Part shown: positions 22,609-33,986 of the stretch, piece after piece
How positions within the stretch are numbered: the stretch's first letter is position 1
Layout of the letters: the number at the start of each line of letters is the position of its first letter
NCBI GenBank assembly: GCA_963796965.1
Contig: CAWCNS010000002.1
Location: forward strand, 224,001 to 288,000
Reading direction: 5' to 3'
Length of the DNA: 64,000 nucleotides
Source of the DNA: Calditrichia bacterium
Lineage (GTDB): Bacteria; Calditrichota; Calditrichia; JAJRVZ01
Notes under the pieces: generated by a model
Seen by the model: only the letters and a program-made list of their open reading frames with translations
Database searches by the model: none
Told to the model about the DNA's origin: nothing
Translations under genes and position numbers: made by a program

Positions 22609-22674
22609 CGCCATCGTCAAACATCAACATGTGAAGTATAACATTATAATCTTTATTTCTCATATTATATAAAG

Positions 22675-22718
22675 AAAAAGGCTGAACTTTGTATGCACAG
22701 AATTCAGCCTTTTTTTTA
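22675..22718. terminator. Bidirectional intrinsic terminator
   Basis: AAAAAGGCTGAA...TTCAGCCTTTTTTTT between convergent genes. Confidence 0.7.
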
Positions 22719-22748
22719 TTTCTCCTTAAAATATTTTTGTATGAAGAT

Positions 22749-23147
22749 CTATTTTGTAACAAGAGTAAAGGGAATATATGTAATGGATTTTACCCGTTTT
22801 CCATTAATGAAAGCCGGATCAAATCTTGTTCTCTTAGCCGCATCCAGGGCTGCAAGATCTAATGATGAGGTAATATTGGACTTCTTTATTAACACATTAC
22901 TTTCATCACTGGAATAAAGTGACATTTCTATTGTATCATGGAGTCCTTTATATATATTGGCCTCTATCACAAATCCCTTTTCATTAATGACAACTTCCAC
23001 AATCACTTTACCCGATAATTTTTTTTCGATGGCATCATGAGGGTATATCACTGGTACATTTTTTAATATTACCGGTTTAATGTTTACATCTTTCAGCTCA
23101 TAAATCTCTGGTCTCTCAATCCAGAGTTCCTCATGCCACGGTTCCAT
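22749..23147 (-). CDS. TonB C-terminal domain protein
   Basis: YP..A...SGKVIVEVVINEKG, LD.AALDAAK..RF.PA..NG motifs; no N-terminal TM anchor visible. Confidence 0.75.
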   Translation of the reverse strand: MEPWHEELWIERPEIYELKDVNIKPVILKNVPVIYPHDAIEKKLSGKVIVEVVINEKGFVIEANIYKGLHDTIEMSLYSSDESNVLIKKSNITSSLDLAALDAAKRTRFDPAFINGKRVKSITYIPFTLVTK

Positions 23148-23588
23148 TACCTATAAATCTCCCTATTTTTCTTTTTATATTCGGATATTTTCAATTGAAA
23201 CTTATCTTTTTTATTAAAAGTTCCTTTATTAAGTCTAAATGATTCAACACAGAGGGCCTAAAGCAATTAAGAATTAATAATTCCGAATTAAGAATGCATG
23301 CAAACAAATGGAAAATGGTCAATACCATTAATGAAATAGAAACATTTCTAAACAATATTACTTAGTTTTAAGTGCTTCTTTATCTAATCCGTGTTTCTCC
23401 GTGTCATCGGTGGTTAATTTTTTCTTTTTATACCAACTCCATCCCTTTATGGGTGGCAAATATTTTATTAATGCTCATATTTGAAAGGCCAGGTATGTAT
23501 ATATTTTTATTTTTTATTCTTTTTCTTCAAAATACATGCTAACTTTTTACAAATAGATATGTCTATAATTTCAGAGGAGTAAAAATAG

Positions 23589-24149
23589 GTGAAGACCGAC
23601 GATATGCTGATAGATGAAATTAAAAATGGCCAACAAGCATCTTATGATGAACTCATGCAGCGACATCAAAGCCATGTCTACAACATTGCTTATAATTTTA
23701 CCCGTTCCTCAGACGATGCAATGGATTTGTCACAAACAATTTTTTTAAAGGCTTATGAAAACCTGGGGAAGTTCCGACGTGAAAGTCAATTTAAAACCTG
23801 GCTTATGCGGATCACTTATAATGAAGGGCAAAATTGGTTACGAAAGAATAAGAAAAATGTCCTTCACGAGGATATTGACACGTCTAATGATGGATCATTT
23901 AGTATTAGTCCATCACAGGAGGATGAATTTCTTGCGTCTGAGAACAAAGCCCTTCTGATACGTTGTTTGTATGAATTGAACACAAAATATCGTCTGGCCG
24001 TAATTCTGAAGTATTTCGAGAATTATTCAATAAAAGAAATATCTGAAACGTTGAATTGTAGTGAAGGCGTTGTAAAAAATATGTTATTTAGAAGTCTGCA
24101 AAAATTGAGATCTGAAATTGGATCAAGAAATAATGGAGTCACTCCATGA
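23589..24149 (+). CDS. ECF-type RNA polymerase sigma-70 factor
   Basis: Region 2 (DAMDLSQ..FLKA, FKTWLMRI.YN) and region 4 (YSIKEISETL..SEGVVK..LFR); GTG start with GGAG RBS. Confidence 0.93.
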   Translation: MKTDDMLIDEIKNGQQASYDELMQRHQSHVYNIAYNFTRSSDDAMDLSQTIFLKAYENLGKFRRESQFKTWLMRITYNEGQNWLRKNKKNVLHEDIDTSNDGSFSISPSQEDEFLASENKALLIRCLYELNTKYRLAVILKYFENYSIKEISETLNCSEGVVKNMLFRSLQKLRSEIGSRNNGVTP

Positions 24150-25087
24150 ATATCGAGCAAAGAATAGAAGAATTAGTAATAAAATTACAGTCCGGTGAAA
24201 TAGACATTGCGGAACGGGAAGAACTAGATAAGTATCTTAATCAATATCCTGCCTACAAGGATATCTATGAGATACATAAGTTATTAAGTGAATCAACTCA
24301 ATTTATACCAGAACCGGAAACCGAACAATTCACCCAAATGCGGGCGGCAGTAATGCGCAAAATAAGACTATCTAAAAAGCATTCACCCGGAAGTTTCGAG
24401 CAGTTTTTTCTGAAAATCCGAGAATTTGCATTGCGTCCGGAAATGGCGGTCGCTGCCTTGACATTAATTATTGGGTTCCTCTTAGGTAGAGCCCTGCCCC
24501 CCGATGCAAATTCTCTCCCAACCAATATCATATCTCAAATTACGACATTGGCGAAAGGGAACACCAAACTAGATGACATAAAAAAATCACCATACCTTTA
24601 TACCAATGTTTCATTTAAGGAAGTCGATGAAAATAGTATTGCTCTCAGTTTTGATGTTACCACACATCTGGATATGGTTAGTGAAAAAGAAGATCCTTTG
24701 GTTCGTGATGTCATTGCACAATCATTAGTTAATCCTTCAAATTTGGGTTCTGAATTAAAAGCCATCTCTTACTCTGAGGGGGTTTTTGACCGGAAGATAA
24801 AGGAAGCATTAATCTATTCCATGAATCATACACCAATCCTAGCCGTACGCCTTAAGGCGATGAATAATTTACAGGACTATAAAAATGATCCCGAAGTGCA
24901 AGAAGCATTTTTAGGTGTGTTAAAAGATGAAGAATCGGTTAAAATGCGGTTAATGGCAATTGATTATCTCACAGAAAGTCAAACTAAAGCAGATACCCTT
25001 AAAAAGATAATTTCCGAATCCACTGTTCCGCAAAATCCAGCTATTATGATAAAGGTCAAAAATTATAAAAACAAAGAAGAATTATAA
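24146..25087 (+). CDS. Putative anti-sigma factor (single TM, C-terminal HEAT-like repeats)
   Basis: ATGA overlap with the sigma gene; TM AVAALTLIIGFLLG; VRLKAM..L / MRLMAIDYL repeats. Confidence 0.7.
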   Translation: MNIEQRIEELVIKLQSGEIDIAEREELDKYLNQYPAYKDIYEIHKLLSESTQFIPEPETEQFTQMRAAVMRKIRLSKKHSPGSFEQFFLKIREFALRPEMAVAALTLIIGFLLGRALPPDANSLPTNIISQITTLAKGNTKLDDIKKSPYLYTNVSFKEVDENSIALSFDVTTHLDMVSEKEDPLVRDVIAQSLVNPSNLGSELKAISYSEGVFDRKIKEALIYSMNHTPILAVRLKAMNNLQDYKNDPEVQEAFLGVLKDEESVKMRLMAIDYLTESQTKADTLKKIISESTVPQNPAIMIKVKNYKNKEEL

Positions 25088-25109
25088 ATTAGTAGAAAGG
25101 AAGTCTCAA

Positions 25110-26231
25110 ATGAAAAAAATATGTGTATTCAGTTTGCTCCTCATTCTGCCGTTAATACTAATAGCCCAAAACAATGTAAAACGAACATTTGAAACCACTC
25201 CAGGCAAGAGACTAGAGGTGGATCTTACCACAGGAGGATCAATCGAAATTAAAGGTTGGGATAAAAACGAGGTCTCTATCGCTGCTGATCTTCGTGGTGA
25301 CGAGGAAGATTATAATCTCGAATTCAAAGAACGATCATGGGGAATCTCCGTCGAAATATCCTTTGAAGGGCGAAGAAGTAGCAATGGTGGCGTCTCCATA
25401 GAAGTCCAGGTACCTAAAAACTATAATTTAGAGCTAGAAACGATGGGTGGTGAAATTAACATTGATGGCGTGGAGGGAGAATTTTCAGGTGAAACCATGG
25501 GGGGAGAGATTCGACTCTCTAATCTTAAAGGTACAGCCAATTTAACAACGATGGGTGGTGAAATCGAGGTATCAGATTCTGAATTGGATGGGCAGGTAAA
25601 AACCATGGGTGGCGAAATAACCCTAAACGATGTTATTGGAGATTTGAATGCTTCTACAATGGGAGGCGAAGTAACTTACCGTAACAAAAAGAAGCAGGAT
25701 AACCGGAAAAATGCCAAGGAATTGACAATTTCGACAATGGGTGGTGAAATAAATGTTGACGATGCTCCAGGCGGTGCCAATGTCAGTACTATGGGGGGAG
25801 AAATAAGAATCCGCCGCGCACGGAAATACGTAAAAGCTAAAACCATGGGTGGTGAAATTAAGATAGATGAAATCGACGGAGGTGTAAAAGCCACGACAAT
25901 GGGGGGTGAGATAAGGGTCAATATGGTAGGTAATCCTGATGAATATGACCGTGATGTGGTTCTCTCTTCCATGGGCGGAGATATTGAACTTACTGTACCC
26001 GAAGGCCTGTCAATGGATTTTGATATTAAATTGACGATTACCCGAAGATCATCAGATAAATATAAAATCATCAGCGACTTCCCCATAAACATTGAAGAGT
26101 CAGATGACTGGGACCGTTCAGAAGGCTCGGCGCGAAGATATATCTATGGCACCGGAAAAGTTAAAGACGGCAAAAATCGTATTCGTATTGATACGATCAA
26201 TGGTGATATTATTATTAAGAAAGGACGATGA
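25110..26231 (+). CDS. DUF4097 family beta-solenoid repeat protein
   Basis: Signal peptide; ten (T/S)MGG(E/D)(I/V) repeats, mostly at 18-aa spacing. Confidence 0.85.
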   Translation: MKKICVFSLLLILPLILIAQNNVKRTFETTPGKRLEVDLTTGGSIEIKGWDKNEVSIAADLRGDEEDYNLEFKERSWGISVEISFEGRRSSNGGVSIEVQVPKNYNLELETMGGEINIDGVEGEFSGETMGGEIRLSNLKGTANLTTMGGEIEVSDSELDGQVKTMGGEITLNDVIGDLNASTMGGEVTYRNKKKQDNRKNAKELTISTMGGEINVDDAPGGANVSTMGGEIRIRRARKYVKAKTMGGEIKIDEIDGGVKATTMGGEIRVNMVGNPDEYDRDVVLSSMGGDIELTVPEGLSMDFDIKLTITRRSSDKYKIISDFPINIEESDDWDRSEGSARRYIYGTGKVKDGKNRIRIDTINGDIIIKKGR

Positions 26232-26234
26232 CCG

Positions 26235-26302
26235 TAAAGCGTAGAGGGTGAAGCGTAGAGCGTTTTTCTAAGTCGATTATCGCTCTTCGCTTTACGCTCT
26301 AC
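26235..26302. repeat. Inverted arrays of degenerate heptamer (GCGTARA-like) between convergent genes
   Basis: gtaaagcgtagagggtgaagcgtagagcg ... cgctcttcgctttacgctctac; relatives near 4438, 42815, 44606. Confidence 0.6.
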
Positions 26303-26312
26303 AGTTTTTGAT

Positions 26313-27884
26313 TCATTCTCCCGCAAGATTATCCGAATCGAACCGGCCCTCCCTGTTCGCTGCAGCACGGATTATATCATAACTCAAGCGTGTAACATTT
26401 AACAATTTGTAGTAATTGATTTTATCTGCATCATCAGTAATTTTGTGATAATCTTCTTTCATATAATCGAAGAAAAAAACACTGGGAATATTTTTCTTAG
26501 CAAAGCTATAATGATCACTCCTGTAGTAGAAACGGTTCGGATCGTTAGACGCATTAAATTTTAAATCTAAGTGCATCCCAACACCAGCATCGTTTGCTGA
26601 GAATACTAAATCATGATATTCCACACTTATTTTGTCTGATCCGATCACATAAACACTATCCGTAGGTCCCCTGCCAACCATATCAAGATTGATATGTGCA
26701 ACGATATCATCCATCCTGTCAAAATTTGCCGTGAAATATTTTGATCCTAACAAGCCCTTTTCTTCTGCGGTATGGAAGTTCAATAATATTGATCGTTTAT
26801 GGTCTTTGGTTTGTGCAAAAACCCTTGCAATTTCCATGACTGCTGCCGTTCCTGAAGCATTATCATCAGCACCATTGTAAATCCCGGTCGCACCGATGCC
26901 CTCATGATCAAAATGACAGCCAATAGATACCATTTCATGGTTGAGATCTGGGTCATTCCCTTCCAACACACCAACGACGTTTCTAACCTGTACGGTTTTT
27001 GATGTATCAAAAGCCCAAAATAATTGTGACTTGGTTTCAAACTCAATAGCTGCTGGAGCTGATTTTGATTTCAGGGAAGTATTTATCTCTTCATAAGAGA
27101 AATTATTTTTTGCAAAAATTGAATCTAATACGGATTCTTTAATAACCAAAATGGGAAATGCAGATGTACCACTTCGAACTGGTTTCTCCATAAACTGCAA
27201 CTTCCCCTTTTCTACATAATTTACGACTGAATTCCAGCCATATTCCTCTTCCAAGGCAGAAATGTAAATGGCACCCAGGGCCCCCTGGGTTTTAGCATTC
27301 TTAATCTTAGACCAACTTGAGGCAAAGGATGTTTTTTTCGGACCTTTAAAGAAAGTAGTGTCTTCGCTCTCCGGCTCTCCGGGTATAAAAAGAATTATTT
27401 TACCTTTAACATCCAGGTCAGCATAATTATCGTATTGATATTCATGTGCCGTAATACCATAGCCCACAAACACAATACTTGTAACCGTATCGATTGTTTC
27501 ATAATATCGATTTGATCCTACAAAATCCTGTCCATAGGAAAACTCAGTCAATTCATTTTTTTTATTGAGCATGCCAAATTTTGACTCTTTAGAAAAATGA
27601 ATATGACGCAAATTGAAATTCTGAAAATATCCGTCATTGCCATCAAGAGTCTGAACACCATACTTTTTTAATTCAGTGGCAATATATTTTGAAGCAACTC
27701 TTTCGGCATCGGTGGCAGCCTCACGACCCTCTAATTCATCTGAAGCAAGGTATTCCAGATTAGATTGGAGGTGACGAATGCTGAATAAATTCTCGCCACC
27801 ATCATTATCGTAATATCCAAGTTTGGTGCTCTGACAACTTATTAAGGTGATACAGGTTAAAATTGTGAGGATGTTATTTATCAT
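26313..27884 (-). CDS. M28 family peptidase with PA domain, probable lipoprotein
   Basis: LASDELEGR, GCHFDH, GADDNASG, AEEKGLLGS, RSDH, YH motifs; LISC lipobox-like. Confidence 0.9.
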   Translation of the reverse strand: MINNILTILTCITLISCQSTKLGYYDNDGGENLFSIRHLQSNLEYLASDELEGREAATDAERVASKYIATELKKYGVQTLDGNDGYFQNFNLRHIHFSKESKFGMLNKKNELTEFSYGQDFVGSNRYYETIDTVTSIVFVGYGITAHEYQYDNYADLDVKGKIILFIPGEPESEDTTFFKGPKKTSFASSWSKIKNAKTQGALGAIYISALEEEYGWNSVVNYVEKGKLQFMEKPVRSGTSAFPILVIKESVLDSIFAKNNFSYEEINTSLKSKSAPAAIEFETKSQLFWAFDTSKTVQVRNVVGVLEGNDPDLNHEMVSIGCHFDHEGIGATGIYNGADDNASGTAAVMEIARVFAQTKDHKRSILLNFHTAEEKGLLGSKYFTANFDRMDDIVAHINLDMVGRGPTDSVYVIGSDKISVEYHDLVFSANDAGVGMHLDLKFNASNDPNRFYYRSDHYSFAKKNIPSVFFFDYMKEDYHKITDDADKINYYKLLNVTRLSYDIIRAAANREGRFDSDNLAGE

Positions 27885-27931
27885 TTTTTCGCCCAACTAT
27901 TTAGTGTAGTATCGCATTTTTATTGTTTCAC

Positions 27932-27953
27932 TCCCGAAGGGACTCCTTTGGAG
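27932..27953 (-). mobile_element. 22-nt double-hairpin mini-insert
   Basis: Reverse complement reads GAACTTC[CTCC-AAA-GGAG-TCCC-TTC-GGGA]GTG. Confidence 0.65.
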
Positions 27954-28258
27954 GAAGTTCGAGAAAAAATTTTAAAGAACCGGAAAGAATTAATCGATAC
28001 TGTTTTTTAACAATCATAATCTCCTTTGCACGACCTTCATATTGTCATCCTGAGCGGAGTCGAAGGATGGGGAATGGATTAATCTATATGTTGCATTATG
28101 TGAATGCGACGCGATAAATTCTGTCGTTACAATCATCTACTACCATGATTTAAAAAACTATTGTTAAAAAAACTTCGGATTCTTCGTGTATCTTCGTGAT
28201 CCCTGAAATTATTTCCACTTCATCTGCGTATACAATACAAAGAATAGGAACTGTTTAG

Positions 28259-30394
28259 ATGTTTAAAATCGTACTATTTATCATATTTTTCTTGCTTGCC
28301 TGTAAAGGAAACAATCAGATGAAACAAAATGAGGGTCTGAGTACCCATAACCATAAAAATCACCTGGCCAATGAGACCAGTCCCTACCTCCTACAACATG
28401 CCGATAATCCTGTTGATTGGTACCCCTGGGGTGAAGAAGCCCTTGGGAAGGCAAAGAAAGAGGATAAACCGATTCTACTCAGTATCGGATATGCCGCTTG
28501 TCACTGGTGTCACGTCATGGAACATGAGTCGTTTGAAGATTCTGCAACCGCGAAACTTATGAACGAGCTCTTTGTCTGTATTAAAGTTGATCGGGAAGAA
28601 CGGCCAGATATCGATCAAATTTACATGAAATTTGTGCAGATGACAACTGGCAGCGGTGGCTGGCCACTCAATGTTTTTCTTACACCAGATCAGGAACCAT
28701 TTTATGGTGGCACCTATTTCCCGCCCGATGATCGATATGGACGTGCTTCCTGGACAAAAGTATTACAATCGGTAGACAATTTTTATCGTAAAAATAAAGA
28801 TCAACTCGAGCAGAACATTACTCAGGTTAAAAAGGAATTTCAAAAAATTGAGGATGATGGTTCTCTTTCTGAGATCCCTGATCAATCAATTTTGAAAAAT
28901 AGCGTTGAGAGATTATCATCTATGTATGATCCAAACTTTGGTGGCCTCGGTCGGGCACCAAAATTTCCAGCCGTCTATCCCTTGTCCTCTTTCCTGCGTT
29001 ATTATAATATTAGTAGGGATCAACAGTACCTGGATATGGTTACACATTCACTCAAAAAAATGGCCAATGGGGGAATTTATGACCACCTTGGCGGCGGATT
29101 TGCTCGTTATTCCGTTGATGACAAATGGCTGGTTCCTCATTTTGAAAAAATGCTCTATGATAATGCCCAGTTAGTTCCCCTATACCTCGACACCTATTTA
29201 CTTAATGGCGATGAATACTTCTTGCAGGTTGTCAAAGAAATTTTAGAATTTGTTGTAAGAGAGCTGATGTCACCCGAGGGTGGATTTTTTTCCAGTCTTG
29301 ATGCAGACAGTGAGGGCATTGAGGGAAAGTTTTATGTATGGGATAAATCTGAGATTGATCAGTTACTTGGAGCCGAAAAGAGTGAACTCTTTTGCTATTA
29401 TTACAGCGTATCAGACCAGGGAAATTTTGAGCATAAAAACATCCTCAATGTTCATACTGATATGAATTCAGTCGCAGAACGGTTTAAAAAAACGCCTGAA
29501 GAATTCAGGCAAATGCTTAATGAATCGAAAAAAATTTTGATGGAACATCGCGACCGGCGCATCCGTCCCGGATTGGATGATAAAGTTTTGACTTCCTGGA
29601 ACGGACTTATGCTCACTGCTTTTGCCCGCGCCTACCAGGTTACCAGAGATGAGTCTTATGCAACCGTGATCCGGGACAATATCGCCTTCCTGAAAAAAAA
29701 TCTTTATAATTTAGATCATCTGTGGAGAACATTTAATAAAGGTCAGGCTAAATATCAGGCCTATTTGGATGATTATGCTTTTCTGATACAGGGGCTACTC
29801 GATGCTTACGAGGCCGTTTTCGATCCTTCATATCTAGACTGGGCCCATGAACTTTTACAGTATTCAAATAAAAAGTTCTGGGATAAGGACAAGGGTGGGT
29901 ATTTTTATACCTCTTCTGATCAGGAAGATTTATTTGATCGCCTGAAAGACGAACACGATCAATCTATCCCCTCAGCTACATCGATTATGATGCTCAATAA
30001 TCTGCGTTTTTATTCCTTAACCGAAGATAGCAAATTATTAGCCTTTGCTGAAGAGGTACTTAAAAAATATGGACAGCAAATTTCCGGAAATCCCTATGGA
30101 TATGCCAGTTATTTGTTAGGATTGGATTTCTATCAGCAAAAGCCAAAGGAAATTGTCCTGGTTGTCCCCGATGACGTTAAGATGGATGAGTATGCGGAGG
30201 TGATTTATAAGAGATATTTCCCAAATAAAGTCGTCGTTCGGTTAGAAGAGAATCAACAAATTCCCTCGCTCTCGGCTTCTCTATTAAAAGGCAAGAAACC
30301 AATTGATGGAAAATTAACAATCTATGTCTGTCATAATTTTGCCTGTAGCCCACCAGTATTTACACATCAGGATTTTGAGAAATTATTAGATTAA
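28259..30394 (+). CDS. Thioredoxin-domain / six-hairpin glycosidase-like protein (YyaL/SSP411, DUF255)
   Basis: [34 protein letters not shown] motifs. Confidence 0.95.
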   Translation: MFKIVLFIIFFLLACKGNNQMKQNEGLSTHNHKNHLANETSPYLLQHADNPVDWYPWGEEALGKAKKEDKPILLSIGYAACHWCHVMEHESFEDSATAKLMNELFVCIKVDREERPDIDQIYMKFVQMTTGSGGWPLNVFLTPDQEPFYGGTYFPPDDRYGRASWTKVLQSVDNFYRKNKDQLEQNITQVKKEFQKIEDDGSLSEIPDQSILKNSVERLSSMYDPNFGGLGRAPKFPAVYPLSSFLRYYNISRDQQYLDMVTHSLKKMANGGIYDHLGGGFARYSVDDKWLVPHFEKMLYDNAQLVPLYLDTYLLNGDEYFLQVVKEILEFVVRELMSPEGGFFSSLDADSEGIEGKFYVWDKSEIDQLLGAEKSELFCYYYSVSDQGNFEHKNILNVHTDMNSVAERFKKTPEEFRQMLNESKKILMEHRDRRIRPGLDDKVLTSWNGLMLTAFARAYQVTRDESYATVIRDNIAFLKKNLYNLDHLWRTFNKGQAKYQAYLDDYAFLIQGLLDAYEAVFDPSYLDWAHELLQYSNKKFWDKDKGGYFYTSSDQEDLFDRLKDEHDQSIPSATSIMMLNNLRFYSLTEDSKLLAFAEEVLKKYGQQISGNPYGYASYLLGLDFYQQKPKEIVLVVPDDVKMDEYAEVIYKRYFPNKVVVRLEENQQIPSLSASLLKGKKPIDGKLTIYVCHNFACSPPVFTHQDFEKLLD

Positions 30395-30508
30395 TAGTAT
30401 AAATAATTTTTAAATACGTCTTCAATGATCCTAATAAAGTCACGAATTAAACTAATCGGGTCTCGTCAAATTTGGGACTATTGTAATCGGAAAATAGAAA
30501 TTAATATA

Positions 30509-31586
30509 CTATAACCATAGAATAAAGACAGATACTGCAAGTATTATTAACGCCCCTATAGGAAGGAACCAACGTGTGCGACGATCAATTTTTTCTCCGC
30601 GTTCCTTTTTTTCATATTCAACCAGATGTTGTACCCAGGTACTTTCGAGGATGAGTGCTGTGGCAAATATGTAACATATGGTGAGGAGTATGTCGAGAAA
30701 GGTTGGATAATGAAGTCTTGGCAAACTGTTACTGATGACCGTATGTGTCGCAACAACGGTAAGTAAAGCAATGAATCCTAAGCGAATTCGATCAGCCGGT
30801 TGTATCCAAAATGCGCTCCATGTCAACACCATAACAAACATAAGCGGCATCAGAATCCGCAATAAGTAATGCCCTTCATGCCGACTGGCGTAAATGCGAA
30901 AAAGATAAGTCGAGAAATCCCGCTCATCGCGTATCTCTGAACGCATGCTATGAAAAGCCTCAACACCCAGTACCGCCCATTCAGGTGTATGAAAATCCGG
31001 ATCCATACCAAGTTGCTCTTTATTGACGATCAAAACAAGGTCTGCGTTATCCCAGACAAATGATTGAAGTTCAAAATCGAAGACCTGGTCGTCAAATGGG
31101 AATCGTCTCATATCAAGATCAGCATTAATAACCGCTCCAAATCGTTCTTCATACTGGACCGTCCCATCCCCAAAAATGATTAGTTCAATACTTTCTGTTG
31201 AACGCTGTTCAACTTCATTTTGAATTTCAATATCGGGTGACCATATTTCACTTAACTTTTCTTCAGCCTCTTCTTCCAAAAACACCATAGATTCAATGGC
31301 TTCAGAAGAAAAAGCCAATCGTTCATCCTTCCAGGACAGATCGACAAACATTTCAATTTCAAAATTTGGAAATGCTTCGGAAGGTGCCGAAACCCGACTC
31401 AATCCGATAAGATAGGCCCCAATAATTACTTCTGTGGGACTACTTGGCGGTGAAACAGACTGTTGGTGTATCGTCCAAATTTGACGTACTTCTCACATTA
31501 ACAGGACGTGCCAGGGTCATAGATGTCAATAAAAATATCAGGACAGAAGCAATAAATAGGCGATGTATCCAATAATTAAAATCCAT
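30509..31586 (-). CDS. Prokaryotic pentameric ligand-gated ion channel (GLIC/ELIC-like), frameshift near 31470
   Basis: LSWKDERLAF, IWSPDIE, DGTVQY.ERF, FPFD Pro-loop, four TM helices, LPRLHY.T; signal peptide from ATG 31586. Confidence 0.88.
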
Positions 31587-31635
31587 TGTTTGAACCTTTT
31601 AATAGGTTATATATTCTATTAATTTATTGTGATCC

Positions 31636-32505
31636 TCATTTGCATAGGGCGTGTTGTTCATCTCTCTGAATTTTTTTTAATTTTGCGGTGTATAACCACG
31701 CCACAAACTTATCCGGTAGTAAACTGTAGAACGTCCAATTAAGAAATTTATTTTTTATAACCAGGTATCTGATCTTAGGTTTGACTTTTGTTAAGGCTAT
31801 ATGGATGACACCCGCTATTGCCCGATCAGACAGGCTTTTCTTTTTCGACCTGGAAATATTATCAAAAGCATATTTTAAGATCGGGAAGTAGCCGGTATGC
31901 TTATAGATCGAAAGATCTGGTATTTTATCCCAAATTGGCGTAAGAACATTTCCCGGCTCGATAACGATCACTTTGATCCCATACATTAATAATTCTAACC
32001 TGAGAGAATCAGAGATTGCCTCCAGCGCATGTTTCGAGGCAGCATAGGGCCCGACAAAAGGAAATGATTTTAACCCACTAACCGAACTGATATTTATTAT
32101 TCTGCCCGGTTTACCCTTCCGTTCTTTATCTGTACCCAGAAAAGGCAGGAATATCTGAGTAACCTTTAATAATCCAAAGAAATTAACATCCATCTGATAT
32201 TTGACCTGCTCCAGTGGAATATGCATCAAAGGTCCGGGCACAGATATCCCGGCATTGTTAACTAGACCGAAAAGATTTTTCCCTTGTAGTGTTTTTTCAA
32301 CTTTTTTTGCTTCTTTTTCTATCTTCGGATGATCGGTAATATCAAAGACCAGGGCTGTAAAAGATTGACCAAAATCGTTTTCCAGACGATTTGCATCTTC
32401 TTCAGACCGTACGCTTCCAAAAATATGGAAACCCTTGTCCAATAGGAATTTTGTGGTAGCATACCCAATACCACTAGAAACACCGGTAATTAAAATATAT
32501 TCCAT
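31636..32505 (-). CDS. SDR family oxidoreductase
   Basis: TGVSSGIG, NNAG, YAASK motifs. Confidence 0.93.
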   Translation of the reverse strand: MEYILITGVSSGIGYATTKFLLDKGFHIFGSVRSEEDANRLENDFGQSFTALVFDITDHPKIEKEAKKVEKTLQGKNLFGLVNNAGISVPGPLMHIPLEQVKYQMDVNFFGLLKVTQIFLPFLGTDKERKGKPGRIINISSVSGLKSFPFVGPYAASKHALEAISDSLRLELLMYGIKVIVIEPGNVLTPIWDKIPDLSIYKHTGYFPILKYAFDNISRSKKKSLSDRAIAGVIHIALTKVKPKIRYLVIKNKFLNWTFYSLLPDKFVAWLYTAKLKKIQRDEQHALCK

Positions 32506-32715
32506 ATCTATGGGCTTTTACTTATTGACGGTCCATTCATAGCACGAAGTTTCGAGAAGAAGTCCACGAATTACACGAATTAACTGAATTTTTATAAATA
32601 AAATTTTATATTATAAATATTTATTCATAATTAGTGTAATTCGTGGACTTCTTCTTTTTTGTTTGTTCCGAAGTATCAGGTTGCTGCGTATGATTGATCA
32701 GGATGAAAAAAATAA

Positions 32716-33732
32716 TCAGTTGTCCTGATTTCTGAATTCGCTTAGCACTGAATCTACATAAGCAATTTCATCTCCGGAGAGCGGCTTGGACATGGTATTA
32801 AAGTTCTTTTCAACCTGACCAGCATTTTTAAAACCGGGTATCGTTACAGCATTCGCAGAACGGGATAGAGCATATTGGTTCGCTATTCTGGCTAAGTCCG
32901 TAACACTATCTCCGAATTTCTTCTTTAATTTGTTGATTGCTGGTTCAAAACGGTTTATAAATTCCATTTCAAAAATTTCTCTTACACCTCTAATATCCCC
33001 GGCCTCAAATTTTGGCGGATTTTGGGACCCATATTTGCCAAGTAGCATTCCCATAGCGTAGGTTCCAAACATAACAACACCAAGGTCATTCTCATCTGCC
33101 CATTTAAATATATTATTTTCCGGCATATCAAACGGGCTTTGCATCGCATTAAATGGCAATTGTAATACCTCCGGTTGGGATACTGGACAAACACGCAAGA
33201 ATTGATCGTAGGAATAGGCAGATTGACCAATAACGCGAATTTTTCCCTCTTCTTTCATACGGTGTACCACTTCAGCAGCCGGTTGCAGATAGCAATCGTC
33301 TTCTCCGAAGAAGGGATTATGAAGATAAAAAATATCCACATAATCTGTTTGAAGGTTTTGTAAACTTTGTTCTAACTGGTGTCTGACATGAAGTGGTTCA
33401 TAGGGATGAATAGCCGTCCCTTTAAACCAGCCCGTCTTGGTGGCAAGAACTATATCTTCTCGTTTTATTCCTTCTTTAAACACCTTACCAATTAATTGCT
33501 CTGAATGCCCTTTTCCATACGCATCAGCGGTATCCCAATGGTTTATCCCTAATTCATAGGCTTTATACAAACCTGCAATGGAATCACCATCAACAGCCCC
33601 GGCCCATCCATTCGGTGAACCATCATCACCAAATGAAGGACCACCGATGGCCCAACATCCGATACCGACTTCTGAAACTTTTAATCCACTTTTGCCGAGG
33701 ATTCGATATTTTATCATTTTTTCTTCTCCCAT
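32716..33732 (-). CDS. Aldo/keto reductase
   Basis: LGKSGLKVSEVGIG, DTADAYG.GHSE, LATK, SL..LQTDYVD motifs. Confidence 0.93.
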   Translation of the reverse strand: MGEEKMIKYRILGKSGLKVSEVGIGCWAIGGPSFGDDGSPNGWAGAVDGDSIAGLYKAYELGINHWDTADAYGKGHSEQLIGKVFKEGIKREDIVLATKTGWFKGTAIHPYEPLHVRHQLEQSLQNLQTDYVDIFYLHNPFFGEDDCYLQPAAEVVHRMKEEGKIRVIGQSAYSYDQFLRVCPVSQPEVLQLPFNAMQSPFDMPENNIFKWADENDLGVVMFGTYAMGMLLGKYGSQNPPKFEAGDIRGVREIFEMEFINRFEPAINKLKKKFGDSVTDLARIANQYALSRSANAVTIPGFKNAGQVEKNFNTMSKPLSGDEIAYVDSVLSEFRNQDN

Positions 33733-33986
33733 TTATGATCTCTAAAAAAATCATTTTCATTTTTCCACCATAAAATATATAATCTGAGTTATTTACCAAT
33801 CTTAATTTATTTAAAATATCTCACGCTAAGACGCAAAGTCGCTATAAGAATTAATTAATAAGAATTTAATAGTAACATAATAAAGAGTAAGTAAAAATAT
33901 TCTAACTTTTTTATTAATTATTCTGTATTTGAATTTACATATTTACGAGAAATGGAGTATCGTGACAACAGGAATAAATTTCATTC

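Noticed and set aside
25440..25985. CRISPR-like periodic ACNATGGGNGGNGA repeats
   Set aside because: They are in-frame protein repeats with synonymous variation, and no cas genes are present.
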